DNA from: Paecilomyces variotii
Taxonomy: Eukaryota
Direction: 5' to 3' (one strand)
DNA length: 64,000 bases
Assembly (NCBI GenBank): GCA_004022145.1
Contig: RCNU01000007.1
The notes beneath the pieces are model-generated. The model searched no databases. It saw only the letters and a list, made by a program, of their open reading frames with translations, and had not been told where the DNA came from. Positions within the stretch are counted from its first letter, which is position 1, and each line of letters starts with the position of its first letter. The position numbers and the translations under genes were made by a program. Below are positions 52,228 to 64,000 of this stretch, piece by piece.

Positions 52228-53883
52228 ATGGCTCCCCATGCGAATGATGTGGCCAATGGCTCCGTGAACGGGTCGGGTAGCCCCCAAGTCTCTCCTCTCT
52301 TTACTGTCGATTCTCCCAACGTGGTCTACAGCGATGATGAAATCAACACTAAGTACGCCTACCACACCACTGAGGTGGTTCGTGTCGACAACAAGTTCGT
52401 CGCAAAGCCTAAGACCGACACCTACCACTTCAAGGTCGACAGGAAGGTCGGAAAGGTGGGCATGATGCTCGTTGGTTGGGGTGGAAACAATGGATCCACC
52501 GTGACTGCGGGCATCATCGCCAACCGCCGTGGTCTGGCCTGGGATACTCGCGAGGGTAAGCGTGAGGCCAACTACTACGGCTCGGTCGTTATGGGCTCCA
52601 CGGTCAAGCTTGGAACGGACCCTAAGTCCGGTGAGGAGATCAACATCCCTTTCCACGACCTCCTTCCGATGGTGCACCCCAATGATCTGGTCGTGGGAGG
52701 TTGGGATATCAGCTCGCTGAACCTTGCCGACTCCATGGATCGTGCCAAGGTTCTCGAGCCGACCCTGAAGGATCTCGTGCGCAAAGAGATGGCCGAGATG
52801 AAGCCCTTGCCTAGCATCTACTACCCTGATTTCATCGCAGCCAATCAGGAGGCCCGTGCCGACAACGTTATCAACGGATCCAAGGCATCCTGGGACCATG
52901 TAGAACATCTCCGCAACGATATCCGGTGTGTAAATTCTCCCTGCACAAGCGCGAAGCCTTGCTAACATTAAGTGAACAGTGAGTTCAAGTCTAAGAACGG
53001 ACTGGACAAGGTCATTGTTCTGTGGACCGCAAACACTGAGCGGTACGCGGATATCGTTCCTGGCGTGAATGACACCGCAGACAACTTGATCAATGCCATC
53101 AAGAGCGGCCATGAGGAAGTCTCTCCGTCAACCGTCTTCGCTGTTGCTTCCATCCTGGAGAATGTTCCTTTCATCAATGGCTCTCCCCAGAACACCTTCG
53201 TGCCCGGCGCCATTCAACTTGCGGAGAAGCACAACGCCTTCATCGGAGGCGATGACTTTAAGTCCGGTCAGACGAAGATGAAGTCTGCGCTAGTTGACTT
53301 CCTGATCAACGCTGGTATCAAACTTACCTCTATCGCCAGCTACAATCACCTGGGCAACAATGATGGAATGAACCTTAGCTCTCAGAAGCAGTTCCGTTCG
53401 AAGGAGATTTCCAAGTCCAATGTGGTTGACGATATGGTCGCCGCTAACACTGTTCTTTACAAGAAGGGAGAGCATCCTGACCACACCGTCGTCATCAAGT
53501 ACATGCCTGCTGTCGGCGATAACAAGCGTGCTCTGGATGAATACTACGCCGAGATCTTCTTGGGGGGCCACCAGACTATCAGTATTTTCAACGTCTGCGA
53601 GGATTCTCTCCTGGCCTCTCCCCTGATTATCGACCTAGTCATCATTGCTGAGATGATGACCCGTATCAGCTGGAATGCGGACAGCGAGGATTCCAAGGAT
53701 TACAAGGGATTCCACAGTGTCTTGAGCATTCTCAGCTATATGCTCAAAGCCCCTCTGACTCCTCCCGGGACCCCTGTTGTCAATGCCTTGGCTAAGCAGC
53801 GTAGCGCTCTCACGAACATCTTCCGTGCTTGCGTGGGCCTTCAGCCCGAGTCTGATATGACTCTGGAGCACAAGCTGTTCTGA
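52228..53883 (+). CDS. INO1: myo-inositol-1-phosphate synthase
   Basis: Core motifs [27 protein letters not shown] and [10 protein letters not shown]; one intron 52926-52979; ends EHKLF. Confidence 0.98.
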
Positions 53884-54257
53884 GCTCGTTACATGCTGAT
53901 AGCTAGCGTAGTGACTCGATTCTCATAATCGAGCTGTTCACTTCTTGCGGGCTCTCTCTCGGGCTCTCAAAAAGCAGTGTCCCCCTGCATCTACGACGCC
54001 CGTCGTAGAAGGTGGTCTTCTCTCTAGTACAACTATAGGTACAGGTCCTTAGTCGCTCTTTTGAATTCAAAGGCAGTACCCTATACATATTGCAAATTCC
54101 TGTGCCACAGTAGAACTGAGAATATCCGTAATCCGCCACGTGACCCTGCCTCCGCTCATGGTCCGGATCTCACATCGTAACTAGTCATCCCACATATCTT
54201 CAGTCACATCTGAAGTCTGTATGCTTGCCTCATCTATCAACTCAAAACGACACGACG

Positions 54258-56174
54258 ATGGGCCCTGGAGCCACAATTGAACGCTATTTAACACGGGAGA
54301 GGAAGCTGGGTTGCAGCACTCCAAAAGTGATCAGTGTTGAGGAATGTCCCGGAGATGATGGAGAAGTTACCAACGCTGTTAATGCATGGCAATCACGTCA
54401 CGAGTACAAAGACTCGTTGATTGGAAACCTCGATCCAGGGCCCACGAAGGTGAAGATAACCGTTAGAGTGATCAGTATCTACGATGTGTGCGCTTCTCCC
54501 CAAAATCAGCGTGCTGCTAAGGGCTACTTCAAGATTCTCGCCAAGGACAATACCGGATCCATCCTAGTATGATTGCCATCTTTACTGACCTTAACAGGGC
54601 CTTCATTAATATTGGCCCCAGATCAACCTATGGTATATAAATGCGGAATATAGGATCGGAATCGGCTCGCTTTTGACGATCTGGGCCCCTCATGTGTCCC
54701 CAAAGACAACGAAAGTTCAAGACAATCCTGCAAGGCTCACAACTAGTTTATTTCCCGAGCGCGACTCCACTTGCCATGTGACGGTACACCCAGATACATT
54801 ACTACCGAAAGCTTGCAGGGTACCGGTGGGATACAGAGAAGGCCATTCACCCTCCGGGCTCGTCTCATTAGGAGAGTTACGAGAGTCAGCCAGAAGTGGG
54901 CAAGGACCGAGCGTTCTGGTCCTGGTTAAGGTCGTCGGGAATATCACGAGCGGTACGTCTGTGAATGCCTCGTGATAGATTACGACCTAATGCACTTCCT
55001 GCAAAGTTACAAATTCCAGAGGACAAACGACGGAGAAGGTCGATATAGGAGTCTGTGACGAATCGGGCGAAGCAATCTTAACGCTCTATGGCATGATGAT
55101 GCTGTCTTCCAGGAAGTGGACACCATTCTCCACGGTACTCCTTGTGTCTGGGGCTAGATGGAAACCTACTTCACGGCTTTCTACGACGGCAGCAACCACT
55201 ATAGAAGTAGATCCTGACATACTCGAGGCACAATGGCTTCGCAAGTCACTTCGAAGATTATCGAAGTTCGTCAACCAACAATACACCGAAGATGGTATTG
55301 CTATTGCACCCTCACGCACAGTAAGAGGCTAACGTTCATTTTGAGTCTTCGACATTAAGACGTTTGAATCCGCTGTGGTTAAATTAAGATTTACCTTAGC
55401 CGATCTCGACGAGTCGTGAGTACTTGATCCTCTGGGTTAGCCACTTGTACGCTGACGATCGAGCCCTCTCGCTCTTTTAGCATTCGGGCCCAGCCTCATG
55501 GTGACACTACAAGTTCCATTTACGTATCGTACTCTAACGTGGAACTAGAGACTTATACGGGCTATATGAATCTTATGATAACCGCCGTAAACCTTGTTTC
55601 TCTTTACAAGCGTCGAAGGCTATACAACACGGGATGGTCTGTTGTAGCTCTCCCATGGTTACATATTGTGTCTAATCCAAACGCAGCTGTAATATGCCGC
55701 TATTTTCAAACTTTCCTACCGCAGCCTGCGGTCAGTGTGGGAAATCTCTGAAGCTCTGGTTGAATCTACAAGTAGTAAGCCAGAGTCTCCCTGAATGGAT
55801 TCAACCAGACAGTGCATTTTTAGAAAATCTGACTCTTATCTCTGATCCTCCAGATTGGAGCTTTAACCGACGAAACTGGTAACATCTCTAGTTCATATCC
55901 ATTGTCATATAACATCAATGAAAGATACCAGTCATTTCACAGCATCTCTGGTTCAAAAAATCTCGCTTTTTCACCGATTCTCTGGTCCCGCGAAGCATGG
56001 CGTGCTCTCCTAGGTGTCGAACCCGACAAGCTTCTTGCAGACATGGAGTCCCCAGAAGAGGAAATTAGATTTCTCACACTCATACAATCTCATCTACTCT
56101 TTCTAAGGATGACTATCATCTTTAAATGGTCGGATCGGTATGGAAAGCTTCTTGTCTGCCGCGTTGTGCCTTGA
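54258..56174 (+). CDS. Multi-OB-fold ssDNA-binding protein, MEIOB/RPA1-paralog-like (multi-exon)
   Basis: Spliced exons give KITVRVISIYD...KILAKDNTGSIL/INLW; VLVLVKVVG...IGVCDESGEAILTLYG...WTPFSTVLLVS...TTIEVDPDILEAQWLR; and a C-terminal OB with a Zn ribbon (ACGQCGK...LTDETG). Confidence 0.7.
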
Positions 56175-56881
56175 TAGTAATATGCACATCCGTGGCAATA
56201 AACTATGATACGGATTACAGACGTTCTGTATCTAGAGGCCTATATACAAGTATACTGCAAGCTCACTCGACTCTACAACGCAATATGTGATATGTGATAT
56301 GTATTAGCGCTCCAGAATTATGTGTCGGAATACTAATCCTATATATCAATACATTCATTCCCCTTCAGAGGATCCTGTAACGTAGCTACGGTGCCAACTA
56401 TACTAATGACAGCTCCCTTCGAGAATCTTTTGCCTCCCATGGACATAGCGAATGGGGTCACACGGATACGTCCCACTGACGTCTGCAAGTGCAAGAGAAA
56501 GTCTGCCACCGGTTACCCTTCAGGGGCAAAGGCTATACGCTAAGGAAATAAGGTAAAGTAAGAAGATTTGACCTGGGGTACAACAATGTATATTACAAAG
56601 TTTAACACATGAAGGAACATTGCGGATATGAAGTTACTGTCGAAGACGACAGTGTTTTATGATATGATTGATTCAAAGGCCGAAGCCCAAACTATGTACT
56701 TAAGCCCATGGATTATTATAATACAATATGTCCTTTCGTGAAAGGGTGAAATACCGTCCGCGCTGTGCCGTCAAGGGTATTGTCGAATCGAAGTAAAGAA
56801 AAGAACTCCTGCTGTAAGCCATCCAATAACCATCAATCGCGCCCATCCTCTTCCACGACACCCGATCCGCAACCCCTCAGC

Positions 56882-58057
56882 TTAGTCCTTGGCTGGTTTC
56901 TGCGCTATGATACGATAACTCGTGGTAGCCAGTCGCATGTTATCCATCTTGATGAACGCCAGCCCATCCAAGCAGAAACGGTTAATCAACGTCTTGAAAT
57001 GGTGTGGAATGAGATGCAGTTTTACAAGACCGAGAATGAGCTGACGCATTGCTCGGAAGTAGCCGTCAACAGTATCGATCAGCGGTGCTTGCAGGCCATC
57101 AATACTGGCGTTATCAGACTTGAGCACCTCGAAGCCAGCGTCTCTTAGGGCTTTCTCCAAGCTCTCGGGAGTAGGGGTCCCCACCGCGCCGATTAGCGGC
57201 TTCACACGGCGCATGAGCTCGGCATGTTCGGGATTCTGGGGATCATACGCTGGCAAGCTGACCCAATCAAGCAAGGAGATCTTTGCGCCGGGCTTGACCA
57301 CGCGGAAGACCTCGCGGAAGAGGGCGGGAATGTCCTTGCATAAACTAAGGGCTTGGATCTGGTAGAAGGCGTCGAAACTCTCGTCCTGGAAGGGGAGCGG
57401 CAGGTTGTTGAAATCTTGGACGACGAAGTTATTAGGAATGCCGCGCTCCTCGTTGAAACTCTGTGCCTGGGCGATCTGATTAGGGTCGATATTCAATCCA
57501 GTAACGTGGGCTCCCGAATAGCGTGCCATGTGCGCTGCCACACGGCCACGACCGCAACCTAGATCCAATACCCTGTCGCCGGGTTTCAAGCCGATATCTT
57601 GAGCTATGGACTCCTCATACAGCAATTGGTTCTCGAGCACTGTCGCTTTCCGGCTCATCCAAGGTGGGATATACATCTTTTCGACATCGCCCAGGGCGCA
57701 GAGATGATTGAGGACCCCATAGTACGCCTTGAGGCAGTCCCCGACCTTTTCCTGATAATCATTCCCCAGAACCTCGATCATCTGTTTTTCGTTTGACCAA
57801 TCTAGATTGTAGATGACGTAGGATGCCATGAAGTCATCCACTTGCTTCGGCGTCAGCCCCTGTAGATATCTGAAGGCGGACCAGAATGTTTTCCACCGCT
57901 TGGAGGCCGCCGAGTGCTTTAGGTCCGCCTTGCCATGTCGCGCACGAGGTAAGTCTGTCGCGAACTTCTGCTTTTCATTCGCAACATCGTCTAGCGAACT
58001 ATTACTCTCGGAGCTCCGCCCAAGTTGGCGTGTGGCCGGGAGTGTCTGGGATGCCAT
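56882..58057 (-). CDS. SAM-dependent methyltransferase, divergent sterol-24-C-methyltransferase-like, intronless
   Basis: GLKPGDRVLDLGCGRG, VTGLNIDPNQ, LPFQDESFDAFYQIQA and VFRVVKPGA resemble SMT motifs, but the ERG6 substrate motif YE(Y/W)GWG is absent. Confidence 0.75.
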   Translation of the reverse strand: MASQTLPATRQLGRSSESNSSLDDVANEKQKFATDLPRARHGKADLKHSAASKRWKTFWSAFRYLQGLTPKQVDDFMASYVIYNLDWSNEKQMIEVLGNDYQEKVGDCLKAYYGVLNHLCALGDVEKMYIPPWMSRKATVLENQLLYEESIAQDIGLKPGDRVLDLGCGRGRVAAHMARYSGAHVTGLNIDPNQIAQAQSFNEERGIPNNFVVQDFNNLPLPFQDESFDAFYQIQALSLCKDIPALFREVFRVVKPGAKISLLDWVSLPAYDPQNPEHAELMRRVKPLIGAVGTPTPESLEKALRDAGFEVLKSDNASIDGLQAPLIDTVDGYFRAMRQLILGLVKLHLIPHHFKTLINRFCLDGLAFIKMDNMRLATTSYRIIAQKPAKD

Positions 58058-58502
58058 GCGGGCGAGAGCTGGGGGCGAAGAAGCCAACGGTGCTTGCGTG
58101 TGAGATTGGGAGCTGAACCCATTAGATACAAGCAGCGACTAGAGGAGGGGGCCCGGTGTCCCATTTATAAGCATGATCGGAGATATCTGGATCCTGTCAG
58201 GAATTTCGCGGAGGGCGCCTCTTTGGCTGTGGCCCGCTGACTAACGTCGTTATTATTCACCAGTTCGCCTTCTAGTTTTACTCTAGATCAGCTCGATCGC
58301 GAGCCACTGATTCTGCTTATGGATACGACCTGGACGGGGCTTTTTCCACAGAAGCTACACCCTGGACGGCAGCGGACGGGATAGTCAGGATGGAATCCCA
58401 AGTTGCTACTGGTAGAACACGATTACTCAATGCGGAGACCGGATGACCCGGGCTTGGCAGGGCCGGGCCGATCAGTACAAGTGATTTTCTTTTTTTCTCT
58501 TC

Positions 58503-58528
58503 TTTTTTTTTTTTTTTTTTTTTTTTTT
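58503..58528. repeat. Poly(T) tract (26 nt)
   Basis: Directly visible upstream of the methyltransferase gene. Confidence 0.9.
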
Positions 58529-61500
58529 GCTTAAAGGATTTGCGGAATGTCGCCGCTATAGAGTATCTATAGCTGGTTTAGTGTGAGTCTGTAAGGAAGT
58601 GAAGCAAATCCGGCGCCATGCCCGGGCCGCTGAGGATGCCGATGCGCCGAATTTCGATCGATCCGGATAAAAACTTGGTTTCCCTGGCCTTGTGCAGGGT
58701 TGGGGCTACATTATTATGATTTGTCATTTTCAATAGCGAGAGTAAGTAATTTAACTATCTATCTATTCACAATTGGGGGCGGACGAGGTCTGACATGAGC
58801 CTTTGTCAGGCATGGTTCTTCTTGTTTGCAATCAGTATTATTATATATTATTACTCCGTATTCTCCGTTGTTTGTTCTCTTACTTATGTCTCGTGGTGCT
58901 GATCTGCTGATCTTAATCTTCGACAAGGACCGCTTAAGCTACCTAGATCATGCAGCTATGTATCACGGTGAGGTCTTTGAGACCCTAGTTGGATCGGGTG
59001 CGGGGAAGTTCATTCCACGCACCGAGTGAAATGAAGAAACGGTGAGAGCTGTTCCCATCAAAATACAACGTAAAATGGGTCTGGAATGCACCATTGTGGA
59101 TGCAACTATGAATATGGGCTCACTTATCCTTGTACAGTCGATAATCTAGCCAGTCATCGTGCTCGGCTATTGACCTCAAAGCGTGTCGTTGAGATTATAT
59201 ATGATGTCAAAAGAGTCAGCTGAGAACGGACAGCTTAGTCCCTCTCTTTCCAACTAGGTGCATATAAAGCGATACCATACCGCATAGTCGACTGTCAAAG
59301 CTCCTGCATCCATCTTATGATCTTATATCCGGGTGAGGTCATGGCATTGACTCTCCGGAAGTCACTTGAGACTCTCAACGGTTATATATTTACGCTGCGC
59401 TACCCCGGAACTAGGTAGTTATGCGTTCCTTTTGATCCCAACAAAGTGTGACAAGACAGCTTTTATAGGGGCGCGATCTGGTCGACCTACACTCTTCGAT
59501 CTAGTCTAATGTATATCTACGCTGGTGCTATTATCAACAGTTCAGTTTGTCTTCTGTCGAGACGTACTATTGGGTCGACGTGTGAGTTGAGAACTATATG
59601 AAGTTTTGAGTTTTGAGATGTCTCAGGAAGCTCACATTTCTGGCCATCTTTATCGTTTTTAAGGTTATTGTTAGAGGCATGCCGTATGTTGTCTACAGTA
59701 CAAGCCTGGATTATTGCGCTTCGATCACAATCACTCTATCTACAACTATTGGGATGTAGAGTATAACACAACATACCATAGCATACCCATAGTGTTCAAT
59801 AATAATGAGTCGTCGACAACGAAGCCACGACGGACCGAGTTTCCGAACCTGGCGGATCTTAGCGACCGAGAGAGGCGAGACTGCGAGAGGCGTTTTTTTG
59901 CTGCTTTGCCGATCGCCGAATCCGTCATCTGGAAAATGTTCCGAGCTGCCGGGGCAACGGTCCGCTAAGTAATCGCGACTTAACTTGCGATCGGATTTTG
60001 CCTCTATGACTCGAGTAACAGTCGGATCGTTTGCCCCCGGTTGAAGTCAAGGGGAATCATGCGATGTTACGATGCAATTTTGTTGACTTCTGAGTCGGCT
60101 TTCAAGTCAGGGTATTCGGGAAATCTCGATAGCCACGGGGTGGAACACGGTACGGGGCAAGTAGATTGAGATTGAAAAGAGGCCCCTTAATCCTATAAAC
60201 GGCCGTTAACATACCGCGTGAAACTCTATCTATTGGCCGAGCTAGGGTGCGCTTCGATGAAGAAGGGAAGTATATCCGCGCTTACCAGCTGCAGGATAAA
60301 TACGTGTGGCATTATTATTTTCAGAGCTCCATGCCGATACTGTAGAACTAATCCAGTCGAAAAAGGAAAGAGAAGACCCTCTGGGATATTATTGCTTCGA
60401 GACCACAGTCCCATGAAATATGGTCGAGATGTTCTGCTTTCAAGGACACTAATTTTTGTCAGCGTTCTTCGGTATTTAGGCTATTAACCTGCGTGGAGTA
60501 CGGAGTAACGTATAATTTCAAGACGAACCATTGTGGACCATAAAGACCCATCGTCCGCTGAAGTTGCTGTTCGGGCCTCGGCTTTCTCTCCGGTAAATCT
60601 GTTCCTATGCTTTGCTCGAATATATATCGTCCATGTCATAATAATGTCCCAGGTACCGTACAGTACTAGTCGACAAATGAATGAGATTAAAGAGAACCGG
60701 GGGCCCTTTCCTCACTCCTTTGAAGTTTGCAGCCACTTCTCAGTAGACGAAGTGAGAAAATGAATACCGAAGAGGCTTTCCCCACTGTTAGTTATCTTAT
60801 GCTGTAACACAAATATACCTTCTTAGTACCAGAAGTTCCTCTATGTTTTCTGTGTGACCTGAAGTTCTTCTCTCCAACGCTTATTATACTACTGAGTCTA
60901 TCCTAGCTCGAGTATCGTCTCGATAATAACCTCCTGCTGCTCAATTATATAATTCTATATTCATCTTGTTTTATGTCGTACAAATGAGATGTTAACCGTT
61001 TGAAGGGTTCACCTAATGATATCCCCTTCCTCATATCCCATTTTCCGGTAGCGTTGATGCTCTCTCCATAGCATTGTACCTATTTAACATCTGGTATGAT
61101 CAGCAACCTTATATATATACCGCTTACACGTTTATAATTTTCAGATTCTCAAGGACACGGAATGTCCCCTCAACGCATAAGTTCCTCTCAGAAACCAACT
61201 GAGGATCTCTGCTGTGTTACATCCAGTTATCGACTCATGATTATTTCTCGTACTTTTCGCCGAAAAAGTGTGGTGGAAGAAATGAAGCTCGCGGATTCAT
61301 GGCTTTGTCCTTATCTCGTTTACTCCACCGTACTCTCGACTATATATGAGATTACACAAATGGCTGCTCATATTCGTTCTTTGTTCTGCGTGCGTTGGTG
61401 GCGATGTGTCACAGAAACAAAGAAGCCATTGAGCAGCACTTTGCAGAGATGAACCTATCGACACTAACTGTTTACTACAACTGCTTCCTCGATGATTGAG

Positions 61501-61711
61501 TATCCACAAGGGAAAACTAATCCACTCGATAGCTCAAAACTTTCTTTGTCTTTGTCGATTATGTCTCCATAGGTTCAAATGCCGCCTCTTCCTGTATAAA
61601 GCTCCAGAAGTTTCTTATTTTTACTATTTGCATTTGGACGTATAAACAATCTAATAGCAAAAGAGACTCTTCTTATCATCATCGTCAAACAAATCAGTCG
61701 CTGTTATAAAA

Positions 61712-62442
61712 ATGACCATGATATCCTTCCTGTTCATCCTTTCGGCCTGGTTATCTGCCTTCTCCATGGTATCAGCTACCGTATGCACTTCCTCTCACCT
61801 AAAATCCAGATGGATGCAAGGCTTAGTTACTGACAGTTATGGATATAGCCAACCGCGGGTGGTGCTTCCAACACTACTGGGTCATCAGTTAGTAGTCAAG
61901 CTACCAACGACGACGGTACAGATGACCGCGGTGGCCTCCTTCACTTAGGAGTTGACGGTGTTCTGCGCAACTTCGATGATGACTGGAATGTCGTCTCTTA
62001 CAAGCAGCTCAGTCCGGACGAGATTACCCGCATGCTCCGGAGCCTCTCCTACGATGACGAGACAAACAAAGAGCTGGTGGAGACCTTTAGGGGTGTGGAC
62101 GGCCGCACCGTTACGGACGAGAATGCGCTCTTGCATCCTGACGAAGACGCTATGCCAGTATGGGCTCCGAATTCGAAGCACGGCGACCAGCGAGAAGTGG
62201 ACAATTCACAGTCTACATCCACGAACACTAAGGCGTTAAGTAGCAGAGGAGAGGGAAGACATAAACATAAACCTCCTCCTCTACCGTTCCCCGGCTCGCC
62301 CAAGCTCCCCAACCCGCTGAACTGCATGACATACAGGTGTAGGAGGCCGGATGATTGTCTGCTGTACAATCACATGTACCATGCCGAATGTTACTCTTGC
62401 ATCATACCGGCTCATCAGAACCAGGGACGTTGCAGTAGCTAG
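61712..62442 (+). CDS. Small secreted protein with acidic pro-like domain and 6-Cys C-terminal peptide
   Basis: Signal peptide MTMISFLFILSAWLSAFSMVSAT; intron 61781-61848 splices in frame to PTAGG...HLGVDGVLRNFDDDWNVVSYKQLSPDEI...GVDGRTVTD...CMTYRCRRPDDCLLYNHMYHAECYSCIIPAHQNQGRCSS-stop. Confidence 0.75.
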
Positions 62443-63419
62443 TACTAGGACGACCTATTCTAAGATCTCTCTTTCAATAACACAAGGGGCTGTCTCGATG
62501 ATGTTCTACCTCTATCTAGCACTTCATTTGCTTGCACTTCTATTTCGGTATCGTTTGTCGCCTGATTTTCGGAATCTCCTCCATCTGCTCCTGTGTGAAG
62601 TACATCCTGGAAAAGAAGTAACTGTCAGAGATATATCAGACCCAAATGAAGTGCCAAGCGACGATATGATATTCGTTTTCTGCTAATAGATTGTGGCCCC
62701 GATTGCAAGCTTGACTCGACAAGATTAAAACACTTACTTTCTCCGAGGATAATGCGATTATGTAGCTAATATCGTACTAGAAAAAGGAGCGAATATGATC
62801 GTGTGCACGTAAGCATGAACCGAACAGAAACCAGCACCGTCCTTTGGGTGTTTTTTAATATTCCATATTCATTTCAACGATATTTTTTAATGTCTTTTTA
62901 ACAATAATCACGCATATGAAACATAAGAAGAGGCAATCAGTGACCATGTTCCCTGACCTTATCTTGCAGTCCTGTCCTATTACAGGAAATTGCCAACCCA
63001 TTTTCGACATCTGGAATGTTACATCGATGCATAAAGATTGAAGAATAGGGGCCCCCAGTTGCGTCTGTTTGTTCGATACGGCAAATCTGAATGCCTTTAT
63101 ACTAGGAATTGGAGTACACCTAGCCGATACCTGCAGGTATAGAGTTTCATGCACTGGCTCCCCTAATGTCTAGTTGAGAGATCTATTCTCCAATACAATT
63201 TCTAGTTAGCGGTGAAAGGTTTCGAGATATTTTTTCTACTTGACTTTTTCTACTTGATTCAATAAGCCACTTCTGACGGACAACACACTCTCAATCAGTG
63301 CAAACCTTAGTGGAAGCGAGGGGACGAAAATGAATGTTTAGCAGAGGATCGTCAATGCTGCCTTGGACCACCAGTGACAGGGCTATCTAGCCTCTAGTTT
63401 GATAGCTTGAGTCTTGATC

Positions 63420-64000
63420 AGATATGTGAAGTTTACTCCTATGTAGTTGTTTACCTAGTTACCCTAAAGTAGTAAATAGAGGGATTTCGCAGCGTAATTT
63501 TGGAGCAGTAGGATCCCTTATATGGGAAGGTTCGTGCCTTGGCATGAAAATACGCCAACCCCTTATGGATAGTTCGCCGTTCTCCACTTCCTCTAGCGTC
63601 TGGTTTTACGCCGTATCTTGAAGCATCCGAACGGCAGTCGTTGGAGCATTGCATCTAAAGAGGGATACTTTATTTGGTATAGACTGCTAGCCTAAGGCCA
63701 ACATTAAGTCAGTTTATAATGTTAGATCGCCGCACCTCTAATATTCAGCGATATTCAAGGAATTTGGTATAATAACCCCCCTTTTAAGCTTATTTTACCT
63801 TCCTAAAGTATTCTAAATAATAAATATTAGTATATCCTTTTAAAAAATCATTATAATTATCCCTTTTTATAGGAATATTTAAGGTAATTAGCCTTTAGCG
63901 ATAAAATCCTACTTAACGTTAGTGACAGCTCAGTTATTGATGATTAATCTATTATTAATCAGTAATTGTTTTTCAAAAGCTTCAAAAATTGCTTACTAGT
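63420..64000. other. AT/TpA-rich degenerate sequence, probable RIP-affected relic extending beyond the window
   Basis: AT content rises sharply toward the window end. One minus-strand frame (63780-63420) is broken by five stops, all TAA/TAG. Confidence 0.4.

Noticed and set aside
52156-53112. 318-aa minus-strand ORF
   Set aside because: Antisense shadow of the codon-biased INO1 gene; no recognisable motifs.
52228-53883. INO1 as a dedicated precursor gene for an aminocyclitol cluster with the DegT fusion
   Set aside because: It is about 28 kb away among core-looking genes (LIM, MEIOB-like) and looks like the ordinary housekeeping copy.
59714-59968. 84-aa ORF in the gene-poor right region
   Set aside because: Non-ATG start, no motifs or splice support.

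Overview
Intron-containing filamentous ascomycete DNA, probably a Eurotiomycete (inferred from gene content and short GT-AG introns with CTRAC/CTAAC branch sites). About 1-45 kb looks accessory. It holds an RraA/HMG-aldolase gene, an MRJP/yellow protein, a GH16 Crh, two O-methyltransferases (one frameshifted), an APH-family kinase, a nonsense-interrupted membrane protein gene, T5orf172 and HNH nuclease-domain genes, RIP-like relics, three Zn2Cys6 factors and a Rieske oxygenase/dimethylglycine oxidase locus. About 46-58 kb looks core (LIM protein, INO1, MEIOB-like, sterol-MT-like). The most notable locus is 22.3-32.5 kb: a spliced ~761-aa fusion of a Gfo/Idh/MocA dehydrogenase and a DegT-type PLP aminotransferase, next to a Nudix hydrolase, a MATE exporter and a Zn2Cys6 regulator. 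This matches the Pur10+Pur4+Pur7 family combination that makes 3'-amino-3'-deoxy-AMP in Streptomyces puromycin/A201A pathways, so it is a candidate fungal aminonucleoside (or amino-sugar) gene cluster. All assignments come from motif recognition by eye; no database search was run.
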